In this document: piece after piece, positions 27,911 through 37,176 of the stretch | Numbering within the stretch: position 1 is the first letter of the stretch | Layout: each line of letters begins with the position of its first letter | Sequence record: MT028491.1 | Length of the DNA: 64,000 nucleotides | Reading direction: 5' to 3' (one strand) | The notes under the pieces: generated by a model | Database searches by the model: none | The model's input: the letters and a program-made list of their open reading frames with translations, nothing else | What the model was told of the DNA's origin: nothing | Made by a program: the position numbers and the translations under genes

Positions 27911-27934
27911 AGGCGGGTTAATTCCCGCCTTTTC
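27909..27934 (+). terminator. intrinsic terminator
   Basis: AGGCGGG-TTAATT-CCCGCCT-TTT; AATAAATA late-promoter variant follows at 27941. Confidence 0.8.
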
Positions 27935-27988
27935 TTTTTGAATAAATACCATTGTAGGAATCTATTTTATTCTTTTTAAGGAACCACA

Positions 27989-29170
27989 ATGGTTGATCTA
28001 ATTAAAATTACCGATCTACCTCACTATAGCGGCAATGTAGATAATGTTGCGCGTGTTATTGTTGAGATAAACGGAACAACATATACAATCGATGCTGGCC
28101 AATTGCCTTTTATTCAGGGTGTTCCCGGTCCTAAAGGTGATGTTGGTTCATCGATCAAAATCTTAGGACGTTATAACGATGTATCAGAGCTACCGACTTT
28201 AGGTGCCGAAGGTGATGCATTCGTTATTGGAATTGACCTTTACGTATGGATTCAGAATGAAGCTGCATGGGTAAACGTTGGCCAGTTTAAGGGTGATAAA
28301 GGCGATAAAGGCGATAAGGGTGATACCGGTTTTGGTCTTGCTTCTGGTGGTGAAACTGGTTGGCTGATTAAGAAAGCTTCCAATACCGATTTTGATACGG
28401 TTTGGGTGCCGGATAATACGATTAAGAACAATGTTGCGTCTCAAACCATTACGGGCGCTATCACTGTTTCTGATACGCTTACGATTGGCAATGGGGCTAC
28501 TATAACCGGCGGATTAAATCTAACCGGTCCATTCTCATTCAACGGTATATCAATCACCAATACGTCATTTGGCGCTCTTACAATCCATGCCAATGGTGAT
28601 ATTTCGACAGGAAACACAACTCTTTCCGCTGAATTGATTAGAATTGATGGAAAGACGTTGCCAGCCGGTGGAAACACTGGACACGCTCTTGTCAAGACAT
28701 CTACCCAAAATGACTATCAAGCAGAATTTAGACAGCTTGTCGTTGCTGATGTTGCCAATCTTGAATTTCGTCTATCGACTATTGAAAGTGTTGGCTTGGC
28801 AAATGTTGCCGTTCCTGCAACTCCTAACACAATCGTTAAGAGAACTGCCGATGGATCGGTAAACGCCAATACACTCACATTAGGAGCGAAGGTTACAAAT
28901 TACGTTCCTACAGGCGCAACAAACGCCAAATATTGGGAAAACTCATATACAGCTACACAAGCAATCTGGACGGCTAGAGCCGATCTTGAAGGACAAGGAA
29001 CGAATTGGTTGGAAGTAACTAGAACTGGTTATGCAATTCAGTCAATTAAATTTACTCTTCCTAATTCAAATAATGTCACCATAAATAATAATATGGTCTA
29101 TCATACTGGTAATTTTAATCCAGATGACATTATTTCACAAGCACTAGCCTTATCGATTGCACTAGGATAA
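27989..29170 (+). CDS. tail fibre / adaptor protein
   Basis: N-terminus MVDLIKITDL paralogous to the 861 aa tailspike; collagen repeat; ends QALALSIALG. Confidence 0.8.
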   Translation: MVDLIKITDLPHYSGNVDNVARVIVEINGTTYTIDAGQLPFIQGVPGPKGDVGSSIKILGRYNDVSELPTLGAEGDAFVIGIDLYVWIQNEAAWVNVGQFKGDKGDKGDKGDTGFGLASGGETGWLIKKASNTDFDTVWVPDNTIKNNVASQTITGAITVSDTLTIGNGATITGGLNLTGPFSFNGISITNTSFGALTIHANGDISTGNTTLSAELIRIDGKTLPAGGNTGHALVKTSTQNDYQAEFRQLVVADVANLEFRLSTIESVGLANVAVPATPNTIVKRTADGSVNANTLTLGAKVTNYVPTGATNAKYWENSYTATQAIWTARADLEGQGTNWLEVTRTGYAIQSIKFTLPNSNNVTINNNMVYHTGNFNPDDIISQALALSIALG

Positions 29171-29174
29171 TATA

Positions 29175-29513
29175 ATGGCAACAAATACTTTTAAAAGATA
29201 CTTTGCTAAGAATGTCGGTACTACTCAAACTAATGTTGGTACTGCCATTCCTACAGGTACACAAGCGACTATTATTGGTTTGTCAGTCTGCAATGTTGCT
29301 GATGCTCAAGTTCAAGTTGATATTGGCGTTAAGATTACAGATGGAACAGTTTACTATATTGTAAAAAACGCTCCACTTCTTATTGGTTCAACATTAGTTG
29401 CAGTTGGTGGCGATCAAAAGATTGTCTTACAAGCTGGTGATCAAATTGTGGTTAAGTCAACCAATGATCTTTCTCTTGATGTTATTGTATCAGTTTTGGA
29501 AATTGCAGGATAA
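29175..29513 (+). CDS. tail-fibre-associated small structural protein
   Basis: MATNTFKR...KIVLQAGDQI..KS pattern found beside myovirus fibre genes. Confidence 0.7.
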   Translation: MATNTFKRYFAKNVGTTQTNVGTAIPTGTQATIIGLSVCNVADAQVQVDIGVKITDGTVYYIVKNAPLLIGSTLVAVGGDQKIVLQAGDQIVVKSTNDLSLDVIVSVLEIAG

Positions 29514-29516
29514 TTT

Positions 29517-31508
29517 ATGGCATATCTAGGTAATACCCCATTTCGCTATGACAATATAGCGTATCTTTTTTCGGGTAGAACCGGTTCAACTCTTACAGGA
29601 CTTGATATTAACGGTAAGCGACTTACTGTTTACGCTAAAAATACTCAAGTCTTTTTGAATGGTGTTCTACAAGTTGAAGGTGTGAATTATTCGGTTCCAA
29701 CTTCATCGCAAATTGCTTTCATCGATTATTCATTGGTTGCAAGTGACTATGTTTCGATCATTTGCAGTAATATCGATAATACAAACAGAATTTCGACTGA
29801 TCTAGCCGGTAAGACATATGTGTTTACCGGGATTTCTGGTGCGACCATTTCAGGTACAGATTCAAACGGTCGTCTTCTAACCGGCATAAACGGCACTGTA
29901 GACGTTTTCTTGAACGGTGTGATGCTTGTTGAAGGTGTTGACTTCCAAACAACGTCACCTACCGAAATTGGCCTTTTGGCTGGTGTTCTGGAACCTACTG
30001 ATCATGTGATTGTTAGAACGTTTGCTTATCAGTCTCGATTCGCATTGGCTAAGGACACCAAAGCCGAAGAAAATTTGATCGTTTCTTCAACGACAAGCAA
30101 TGTTCGTCCAACCATCACATTCAACGATAATGGTTTGTCAAGCAAGTTTTATGCCAACGGAAATCAATTGATTGCAAATACGTCAATTGCAGCAACCGAT
30201 TTCGTTTATGATGGTAAGAGTCTTATTGGAACCTTGGATAAGGTTGCACGTGTTGATATTGCTCAAGCATTCTCTAACACAGAACAAACACAAATTAGGG
30301 CAAATATTGGAGCATTTCCAAGAGCCGGTGGAACAATCAATGGTTCTATTTCTGTTGATGGTGGAATTTATACAGCGGGAACAATTGAAGTTGGGTATAA
30401 TAGAACTTCGGATGGACCGGGTGTTCTAGACCTTCATGCTGTAGCTAATACAGATTACGATGCTCGAATTATTCGAAATTCCGGTGTTAATGGATCATGG
30501 GAATTCATCAATACTGGTAACGGAAACACAATATTTCGTTCTACAGGAACCAGCCTTTACACATTTGATAATGCCATTTTTTCAAACTCAACCATCCAAG
30601 CCACATCTTCATTTAGAGTAGCTTCTGATTCAAACAGACATCTTTGGTTCCAAAAAGTTGATGGGACTGTAGGCGGTCTTCTTTATAATGACTCTACTAG
30701 TGGCGTTATGCAATTACGTGCATATAATGCCGCCGGTACTTCATACCAAACTTTGACGTTGGATACCAATGGTAATGTTACGGCTCAAGGTAATCTATAT
30801 GCTGGTAGTGGCACTGTACAGGCTGGTTCTACAGCCGGTACATATTGTCATTTAAGATTTGATGGAAGTCTTTCTAAAAATGGTGGTACTGCATATCAAA
30901 TTCTCACTACCGGTGATTTAACTCTGGATGGTGTTAGAACATTTGGATTTAATAATGCTGTTTCAAGCGGACAACCTTATTTCAAACATAATAATGGTAC
31001 TATTGTTTATCTTTCATATATAGGAACAAACAATTACGCATATACAAATCTAGGAATTCAGTGTGAAACTGGTGGTAGAATTCGTATGACTACCGGTAAT
31101 CAAATTAACTTTCATTGGAATTCTGGTTTTTATTACAATATTGATGGTAATGCATACGTTCTTATCAATTCATCAGCATCAGATAAAAATCTAAAAGAGA
31201 ATATTCAGCCACTAACAAATGCAACTGAAACAGTTAAAAAACTGAATCCAGTTACATATAATTTTAAAGATAATCTTCCAATTGCAAATCCAAAGGGAAA
31301 TCTTGCTGGTTTTATTGCGCAAGAACTTCAAGAGGTTATGCCTAATCTTGTTGCAACGAGCAATCTTCCAAATGATGATTTGAACAAAGAACCAGAAACG
31401 TTCCTTCGTTATGAAGACGGTGCGGATAAACAACTTATTGCATTGCTTGTTGGTGCTGTAAAGGAATTGTCTGCAAGGGTAGAAGAATTAGAGAAAAAGA
31501 ATGGTTAA
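29517..31508 (+). CDS. tail fibre with C-terminal intramolecular chaperone (Peptidase S74-like)
   Basis: MAYLGNTP start; two FLNGV..EGVxY Ig-like repeats; SDKNLKENI..LNPVTYN..GFIAQEL..LVGAVKEL. Confidence 0.85.
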   Translation: MAYLGNTPFRYDNIAYLFSGRTGSTLTGLDINGKRLTVYAKNTQVFLNGVLQVEGVNYSVPTSSQIAFIDYSLVASDYVSIICSNIDNTNRISTDLAGKTYVFTGISGATISGTDSNGRLLTGINGTVDVFLNGVMLVEGVDFQTTSPTEIGLLAGVLEPTDHVIVRTFAYQSRFALAKDTKAEENLIVSSTTSNVRPTITFNDNGLSSKFYANGNQLIANTSIAATDFVYDGKSLIGTLDKVARVDIAQAFSNTEQTQIRANIGAFPRAGGTINGSISVDGGIYTAGTIEVGYNRTSDGPGVLDLHAVANTDYDARIIRNSGVNGSWEFINTGNGNTIFRSTGTSLYTFDNAIFSNSTIQATSSFRVASDSNRHLWFQKVDGTVGGLLYNDSTSGVMQLRAYNAAGTSYQTLTLDTNGNVTAQGNLYAGSGTVQAGSTAGTYCHLRFDGSLSKNGGTAYQILTTGDLTLDGVRTFGFNNAVSSGQPYFKHNNGTIVYLSYIGTNNYAYTNLGIQCETGGRIRMTTGNQINFHWNSGFYYNIDGNAYVLINSSASDKNLKENIQPLTNATETVKKLNPVTYNFKDNLPIANPKGNLAGFIAQELQEVMPNLVATSNLPNDDLNKEPETFLRYEDGADKQLIALLVGAVKELSARVEELEKKNG

Positions 31509-32469
31509 TAAAAATTTATTAAATGCTACATTTCAAAATAATCCTTCTATACTAAGTGGTTACAGAAACAAGATTATCAATGGTGATTTCGGTATTTGGC
31601 AAAGAGGAACTACGTTTTCTTCATCTGGATATACGGCTGATAGATGGGGCTTGTCTCTAAATGGTAGCCCTGTTTCCACTGCTTCTGTAAGCCGTCAAGC
31701 GTTTCCAATGGGTGACGCTTCGATACCGGGAAATACAGAAAGTTATTGGAGACTAAACATAACCAGTGGTGGCGATGCTACCTATGGCTTTGTTGGTGCT
31801 TATCACCTAATTGAGAATGTAAGAAATCTAGCTAATACCAAAGTAACCCTAACATTCTATGCTAGAGCCGATGTTGCGGGAAAGAAAGTTGGAATTGGTA
31901 ATCCACAGAGCTTTGGTTCTACTGGTGATCCAAGAGTTGATAGACATATCGGAATAGCAACTCTTGATACTTCGTGGAAGAAATTTCAATTTGTCTGGAC
32001 CGTTAATTCTATTACTGGAAAAACTCGCGGCGGTGGAAATGATTGGGTTGGTATTGAATACTATTTTTCTGCCGGAACCAATTATGATGCTAGATCGGGT
32101 GGAATTGGTATTCAAACAGGTATTATTGATATTGCTCGCGTTTCTCTTGTAGAAGGTGATGCTTCTAATGAATTTGATCCATTTTCACCAAGGCATTATC
32201 AACAAGAATTAGCACTTTGTCAGAGATATTGCTGTGTTGTTAAAACCGGTATTCAAATTTCAGCATCTGGATTTGGTCTTTCATATTTCTATTTTCCAGT
32301 ACAAATGCGAGCAACACCAACTTATACCACATTAAATACCGGTTATATAAATAATGCCACTTCACAAACAGTTGGTGATATTACAGTTACAGGTGGATAT
32401 ATTCAAATTCAAGCAACAGCCGCTAATGGTTATATAACAGGTTGGTATGGCTTGTTTACAGCCGATTAA
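31501..32469 (+). CDS. receptor-binding protein, carbohydrate-binding-like module
   Basis: YRNKIINGDFGIWQRG...EGD...ELALCQRY...FPVQMRATPT. Confidence 0.8.
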   Translation: MVNKNLLNATFQNNPSILSGYRNKIINGDFGIWQRGTTFSSSGYTADRWGLSLNGSPVSTASVSRQAFPMGDASIPGNTESYWRLNITSGGDATYGFVGAYHLIENVRNLANTKVTLTFYARADVAGKKVGIGNPQSFGSTGDPRVDRHIGIATLDTSWKKFQFVWTVNSITGKTRGGGNDWVGIEYYFSAGTNYDARSGGIGIQTGIIDIARVSLVEGDASNEFDPFSPRHYQQELALCQRYCCVVKTGIQISASGFGLSYFYFPVQMRATPTYTTLNTGYINNATSQTVGDITVTGGYIQIQATAANGYITGWYGLFTAD

Positions 32470-32487
32470 TTTTAAAAGGAATTTCAA

Positions 32488-33042
32488 ATGAGCAAATGGG
32501 TATTTCCATTTATTAAGTTTTTCTTCTTTGCAATTTTTCTATTTGCAATGAAGTTGCTATCTATTGTTCTTTCTCCATTCCTTTCGGCATGGTCAGTTAT
32601 TGCAAAGATCAATGTTTTACCAGCACCATTTAGTTGGTTCCATACCAATGATGACACTCTAGATGGTGGACAAAATCAATTAGGCTGGCCAAAGGTAACT
32701 GGTTTCAAGTTGTTCCTACAGCGCATGAAATGGATTTGTCGTAATCCAGCTTATGGTTTTGCAGCCTATGTTGTTGGTTTCAAGACCGAAGGACATGAGG
32801 TTGTATATTCTCGAATAAAAAATCCAGATGGTTCCCAAAACTTTGATTGGCGAGCTAAGGGAATGTCTTATTTCGCTATCATGAAAGATGCTAAGGGGAA
32901 GCATTATTTTGTATATAGACGTGTATGGAAAGATGATGGAAAGAAGAATACAGCCACTTGGATAGGTTGGAACTACGTTCCTTATGATGGTGTTTACCAT
33001 CACATGAAGATCAATCCTATCAAATTCAGTACAAGGGATTGA
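32488..33042 (+). CDS. tail-fibre-associated membrane protein
   Basis: N-terminal TM; WFHTNDDTLDG...WICRNPAYGF motif common next to phage fibre genes. Confidence 0.65.
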   Translation: MSKWVFPFIKFFFFAIFLFAMKLLSIVLSPFLSAWSVIAKINVLPAPFSWFHTNDDTLDGGQNQLGWPKVTGFKLFLQRMKWICRNPAYGFAAYVVGFKTEGHEVVYSRIKNPDGSQNFDWRAKGMSYFAIMKDAKGKHYFVYRRVWKDDGKKNTATWIGWNYVPYDGVYHHMKINPIKFSTRD

Positions 33043-34112
33043 TCATGACTAAAGCATTTCAGATCGGGAAAGTCATTACAGGACTTTCCACCGGTCAATA
33101 TAATAATAGTTTGAGTGGTTTCAGAAACAAAATCATCAATCCAGATTTTGAAATTACACAAAGAGGGGGATCGTTCCCATTCGCGATCAACACAGGTGCT
33201 GGTTCTTATACTTTGGATCGCTGGCGATATGCTGGTTCAAATACATTTGGAAACGCTGTGACTATAAGTCAACTGGCAATGCCATCTGGATATAATGGAA
33301 TTCCCGGTTATGTTAGATATTATGCAAGGCTTAATAGAACAACAACTGGTACAGGTCTTACAGCACTTCAACAAAGAATCGAAGGTGTAAGAACATTGGC
33401 TGGAAAGCGTTCTACATTAACATTTTGGGTTCGTGGTACAAATGATAAGATTATTAAGACGCAAATACAACAAGTTTTCGGAACTGGAACTCCTACACCA
33501 TCACCAGTTGTTGAAGTTGTTTCAGCCGGAATTAGCGCAACATTGACTTCAACATTTACACGATATGATGTTGTATTTGATATGCCTTCCATTGATTCGG
33601 CTTCTGTTTATGGTGCTGATGATCGTGTAGAAGTATCATTTATTCTTTATGAGAATCAGGGAAATGCCCAATTTGATATCGCTCACGTTTCATTGGTTGA
33701 AGGTGATGCTAGGAATGATCCTGATCCTTGTGCACCACGCGATTTAGGAACCGAATTAGACCTTTGTAAGAGATACTATCAAAGAATTGATGTAGATGGT
33801 TCTGTTTGGCTATTAGGTCAAACATCTATTGCAACGTCTACTAGAGCATATGTTCTATTGGATTTTGAAAAAGAATTCAGAGTACGACCAAGTGTTGCTT
33901 ATATAGGTGGAAGTGCATCTTATTTTGATGGTGTTAGTTGGCAATATACAACAACACAAGTAGTGGCAATACAAGGCCCTATGCGAGTCCAGTTTTCAGT
34001 AACCGTTCCAGCTATTCAACCACCGGGTAATGCTGGTGCTACATGTTGGCTAATTAATTTCAATAAAATTGGTGGCGGGGTTGGATATATCGAAGGCCAT
34101 GCCGAATTATAA
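33039..34112 (+). CDS. receptor-binding protein, carbohydrate-binding-like module
   Basis: FRNKIINPDFEITQRG...EGD...ELDLCKRYYQ. Confidence 0.8.
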   Translation: MIMTKAFQIGKVITGLSTGQYNNSLSGFRNKIINPDFEITQRGGSFPFAINTGAGSYTLDRWRYAGSNTFGNAVTISQLAMPSGYNGIPGYVRYYARLNRTTTGTGLTALQQRIEGVRTLAGKRSTLTFWVRGTNDKIIKTQIQQVFGTGTPTPSPVVEVVSAGISATLTSTFTRYDVVFDMPSIDSASVYGADDRVEVSFILYENQGNAQFDIAHVSLVEGDARNDPDPCAPRDLGTELDLCKRYYQRIDVDGSVWLLGQTSIATSTRAYVLLDFEKEFRVRPSVAYIGGSASYFDGVSWQYTTTQVVAIQGPMRVQFSVTVPAIQPPGNAGATCWLINFNKIGGGVGYIEGHAEL

Positions 34113-34124
34113 TGAGAATATGAC

Positions 34125-34637
34125 ATGACACAACCATTAATAATCTATCAATACGCAAACCCGGAACATTCTGTCATCAAGGATAGCAGGGGTAATTTTA
34201 TCCCTGTAAACCCTGACAGTAGACAGTATCAGGAATTCCTCAAGAACCATGACTTGAGCGAAGTTCGCGTTTATACGGCCCCTAAAGTCGATTTGAACGC
34301 ATATCTAGCGGCTGTTCGATATAAGTTTGAAACGGGTGGCATCTATATCAACGGAATGTTTGTTGCAACCGACGACCGTTCCAAGACGATGATAATTGGC
34401 GCTCGCGCTATGGCAGATACCAATAAAGACTATGTTCTGAAATGGAAACTAGGCAACGGTAATTTCATCAACTTGGATGCTGGAACCATCATTTACATTT
34501 CAAACACGGTTCTCCAACATGTTCAAAAATGTTTCGATATCGAAGGTGATATTTCTGATTTGATTGCCAAAAAAGAAATCAGAACGGTTGAACAGATTGA
34601 CCAACTATTTAAAGAGAAATTAGAAAAAGGGGCTTAA
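34125..34637 (+). CDS. tail fibre assembly chaperone (DUF4376-like)
   Basis: FIPVNPDSRQYQEFL; RYKFETGGI..TDDRS..WK..NGNFINL...VQKCF. Confidence 0.75.
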   Translation: MTQPLIIYQYANPEHSVIKDSRGNFIPVNPDSRQYQEFLKNHDLSEVRVYTAPKVDLNAYLAAVRYKFETGGIYINGMFVATDDRSKTMIIGARAMADTNKDYVLKWKLGNGNFINLDAGTIIYISNTVLQHVQKCFDIEGDISDLIAKKEIRTVEQIDQLFKEKLEKGA

Positions 34638-34649
34638 TAGCCCCTTTTT
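34625..34649. terminator. bidirectional intrinsic terminator
   Basis: AAAA-GGGGCT-TAAT-AGCCCC-TTTTT at a convergent junction. Confidence 0.85.
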
Positions 34650-35151
34650 ATTTGCCCAAAAAAATCATTCTATGGCACGTTATTATCGAATGAATTATGC
34701 ATTCAACCATTGCATATTCTTTGGTATTATTTTTAAAAGTATTTTCATAAACTTGTGAAAAATCAACAAGATTATGATTTTCGTTATAGTATCCACCTTC
34801 AAAAAAGAATATTTGACAATAATCCTTATAAAGAACCATTGTCCATCGACCCATTTCTTCTAAACAAACATCACCATCTTCATAGACTCCTAAGATGAAT
34901 TCTCTTTGCCCTACTCGCCATGTAATTTGAATACAATGATTATATTCTACAATAGAATGTAGATTTTCTTTCAGATTAAATAAACAGTCGTAAATGGAGA
35001 AAACACGACCATTTTCCTTGTATTCAATATATGTAGAATTATTAATATTTTTCCTTTTTTGTAGAACGCATACATTTCTCAAATCTTGCATCACGCATTC
35101 TTGAAGAACGCCTATGAATAACTTCTGATCATCATGCATGGACATAACCAT
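34648..35151 (-). CDS. hypothetical early protein, C-terminal-His paralog family
   Basis: 167 aa; LGVYEDG ... IIHSIITCHR. Confidence 0.75.
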   Translation of the reverse strand: MVMSMHDDQKLFIGVLQECVMQDLRNVCVLQKRKNINNSTYIEYKENGRVFSIYDCLFNLKENLHSIVEYNHCIQITWRVGQREFILGVYEDGDVCLEEMGRWTMVLYKDYCQIFFFEGGYYNENHNLVDFSQVYENTFKNNTKEYAMVECIIHSIITCHRMIFLGK

Positions 35152-35712
35152 ACCTCATATCATACAAATCATGATGACAAGCTATCAGTGATTTCATAAT
35201 CAATTCTGCCACAATGGGAATGTCTTCATTGAATTCTTTTAGACGTTCTAGGCTATGGCCCCAAAATAGAAGTTTATGAGCTTCATATCTGAATCCATTT
35301 GAATATGCCACCAGTCATCATTGAATTCTATAAGGCGTTGATGAATCGATAATTGAGGCGGAACTTGAATACCACTATCATAAAGATTTGACGAATCCCA
35401 AGTAAAAACACGTTTATGAGAAAACCGTTCTTTAACACAAACACATTTGTCAAAGATGTTGAAATATTCCCTTTCAACATACAAAGTAGGAAGACGATCA
35501 TTTAGACTTACAGCGACATTTCTTGTTTCTTTGCTGATCGAGTTTGGAACTTCTACAAATATATCAGAACATTGTTGAATAAGGTTCTCTATAAGAAAAC
35601 CTATGTGTTTATTGACAATTTTTGTAACATCTTTTTCCACTTTATAAAGTCCCGTATGATTTGTTAAGAGCGTATTTTTCATAAAGTCTATGTGATTTGA
35701 CAATGTTATCAA
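35132..35712 (-). pseudogene. frameshifted member of the C-terminal-His paralog family
   Basis: The 154 aa ORF (35248-35712) lacks the motif, but the -1 frame from ~35314 reads LVAYSNGF...LIMKSLIACHHDLY and stops at 35132. Confidence 0.6.
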
Positions 35713-36175
35713 CTATTGTTTCAATCATGTCAACATCATATTGCGACGATTGACTAACATGTTTTGAAGAATTGTATAAAGAACCACCATGTCTGTTGAT
35801 TAAATTAAATTTCTTCTCACCATCTTCATTAATAAATTTTACACCCCAACCATATTGATAAATGCAAAAAGAAAAGCTGTTTGGCCCTACGCAAACCATA
35901 TTGCCATTTTTTACTTTTGGATATGTTATTTTCCAAAGTGTTTTACCATCGGCACCGGGAGGATCAATTTGGATACCATCCAATGCTAGAAAATCATATG
36001 AGAATGTCAATTTTTCAGAACCTAATATTTTAGCCAGATCGGGACTACACCCATCAACCGCAATGATTTTACGCCAAGGTTCTTCAATCCAGCACTCATA
36101 ACCTAGAGAATGCAAGTCTTGTTGAAGTTTTTCAAATCTCGCCTGTTTAAACCCACTAACAAAACTATCGCTCAA
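35642..36175 (-). CDS. hypothetical early protein, C-terminal-His paralog family
   Basis: 177 aa; IVDNIVKSHR. Confidence 0.75.
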   Translation of the reverse strand: MSDSFVSGFKQARFEKLQQDLHSLGYECWIEEPWRKIIAVDGCSPDLAKILGSEKLTFSYDFLALDGIQIDPPGADGKTLWKITYPKVKNGNMVCVGPNSFSFCIYQYGWGVKFINEDGEKKFNLINRHGGSLYNSSKHVSQSSQYDVDMIETIVDNIVKSHRLYEKYALNKSYGTL

Positions 36176-36665
36176 GATATGTGTTCCTATGTTGATTCAC
36201 CATGACATTCACAAATGCATTTAAACCACAAGCAAGAGCCATGTTGTCTTTATTGTGTTCTTGTAAGTAAATAACATTATCGGCATTTTCTATTGAAAAT
36301 TGTTTTTTCACATGATCCCAATTCAATATATGTGTACCACTGATAGAAAACCTAAATATTCCTTCTTTTGGTAATACAGAAAAACCAACTGTCGTTGGCC
36401 AATTACTATGCGTTGGCCAATAAAAACGAATTCCAATATCATCCAATGAATATGTTCCACTGATACTAGAAATATCAAAATAACTATCGAACATGGTTAT
36501 ACAGTCTAAATTAATGATTTTTTTCAGATTTTGAGATACATTTTTAAGATGAATTTGCGTACCGTGCTCATCTTTAGTTGTCGATAAATCACACAATGGA
36601 TGAAGGTATTTAATAAATTTCGCTGTACATTCCGCTTTTTCAAATTTTGTCAATGGTTTTATCAA
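36165..36665 (-). CDS. hypothetical early protein, C-terminal-His paralog family
   Basis: 166 aa; FVNVMVNQHR. Confidence 0.75.
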   Translation of the reverse strand: MIKPLTKFEKAECTAKFIKYLHPLCDLSTTKDEHGTQIHLKNVSQNLKKIINLDCITMFDSYFDISSISGTYSLDDIGIRFYWPTHSNWPTTVGFSVLPKEGIFRFSISGTHILNWDHVKKQFSIENADNVIYLQEHNKDNMALACGLNAFVNVMVNQHRNTYLER

Positions 36666-37176
36666 TGAAACACCCCACTTCTTTTCCTTTTAAAGATTGT
36701 TCTCTGTGAGCATCTACAACCGTTTCAAATAGCAATCTTACGGCTTTATAAACTTTGGAATTACAGGTACATCTAGATTCAGCTTCATCAGAATTTTGTC
36801 TTCTAACAGACATGAAATAGCTAGTCATATAGATTTTGAGAAATTTAGAATCTCCTGAAACCTGATATGTGATGATTTCTCTGTCATTGAAACCAATCCT
36901 AAATTTTAGGCCACCCTTTTCATAGGTTATTACGTAATTATCTATAGTGTTTCCAACGACCGTATAATTGTATTCTTTGAAACAAGTGATTTGATCAAGA
37001 TTTAACAAATTGAGGCAAAAAGAAAGACGTTCTATCTGTGGAGTATCAAATTTTATGCGTAAAATCATCCCCTTATTTAGAAACTGATATCCCATATCTT
37101 CAATAGGATTTATGATGTTATTTTGAACATCATAATCGATTGCGTCAATAACCCTTTTAGATAAAGAAATGGTCAT
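36640..37176 (-). CDS. hypothetical early protein, C-terminal-His paralog family
   Basis: 178 aa; LFETVVDAHR. Confidence 0.75.
   Translation of the reverse strand: MTISLSKRVIDAIDYDVQNNIINPIEDMGYQFLNKGMILRIKFDTPQIERLSFCLNLLNLDQITCFKEYNYTVVGNTIDNYVITYEKGGLKFRIGFNDREIITYQVSGDSKFLKIYMTSYFMSVRRQNSDEAESRCTCNSKVYKAVRLLFETVVDAHREQSLKGKEVGCFIDKTIDKI

Noticed and set aside
28292-28324. GGCGATAAA tandem repeat as a contingency locus
   Set aside because: It is an in-frame 9-nt unit encoding collagen-like GDK triplets, ordinary for fibre proteins.
8801-34637. Diversity-generating retroelement or invertase shufflon acting on tail fibres
   Set aside because: No reverse transcriptase, recombinase, adenine-only-mismatch TR/VR pair or inverted crossover sites in the window. 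Mismatches in the 56-bp shared block are not adenine-specific.
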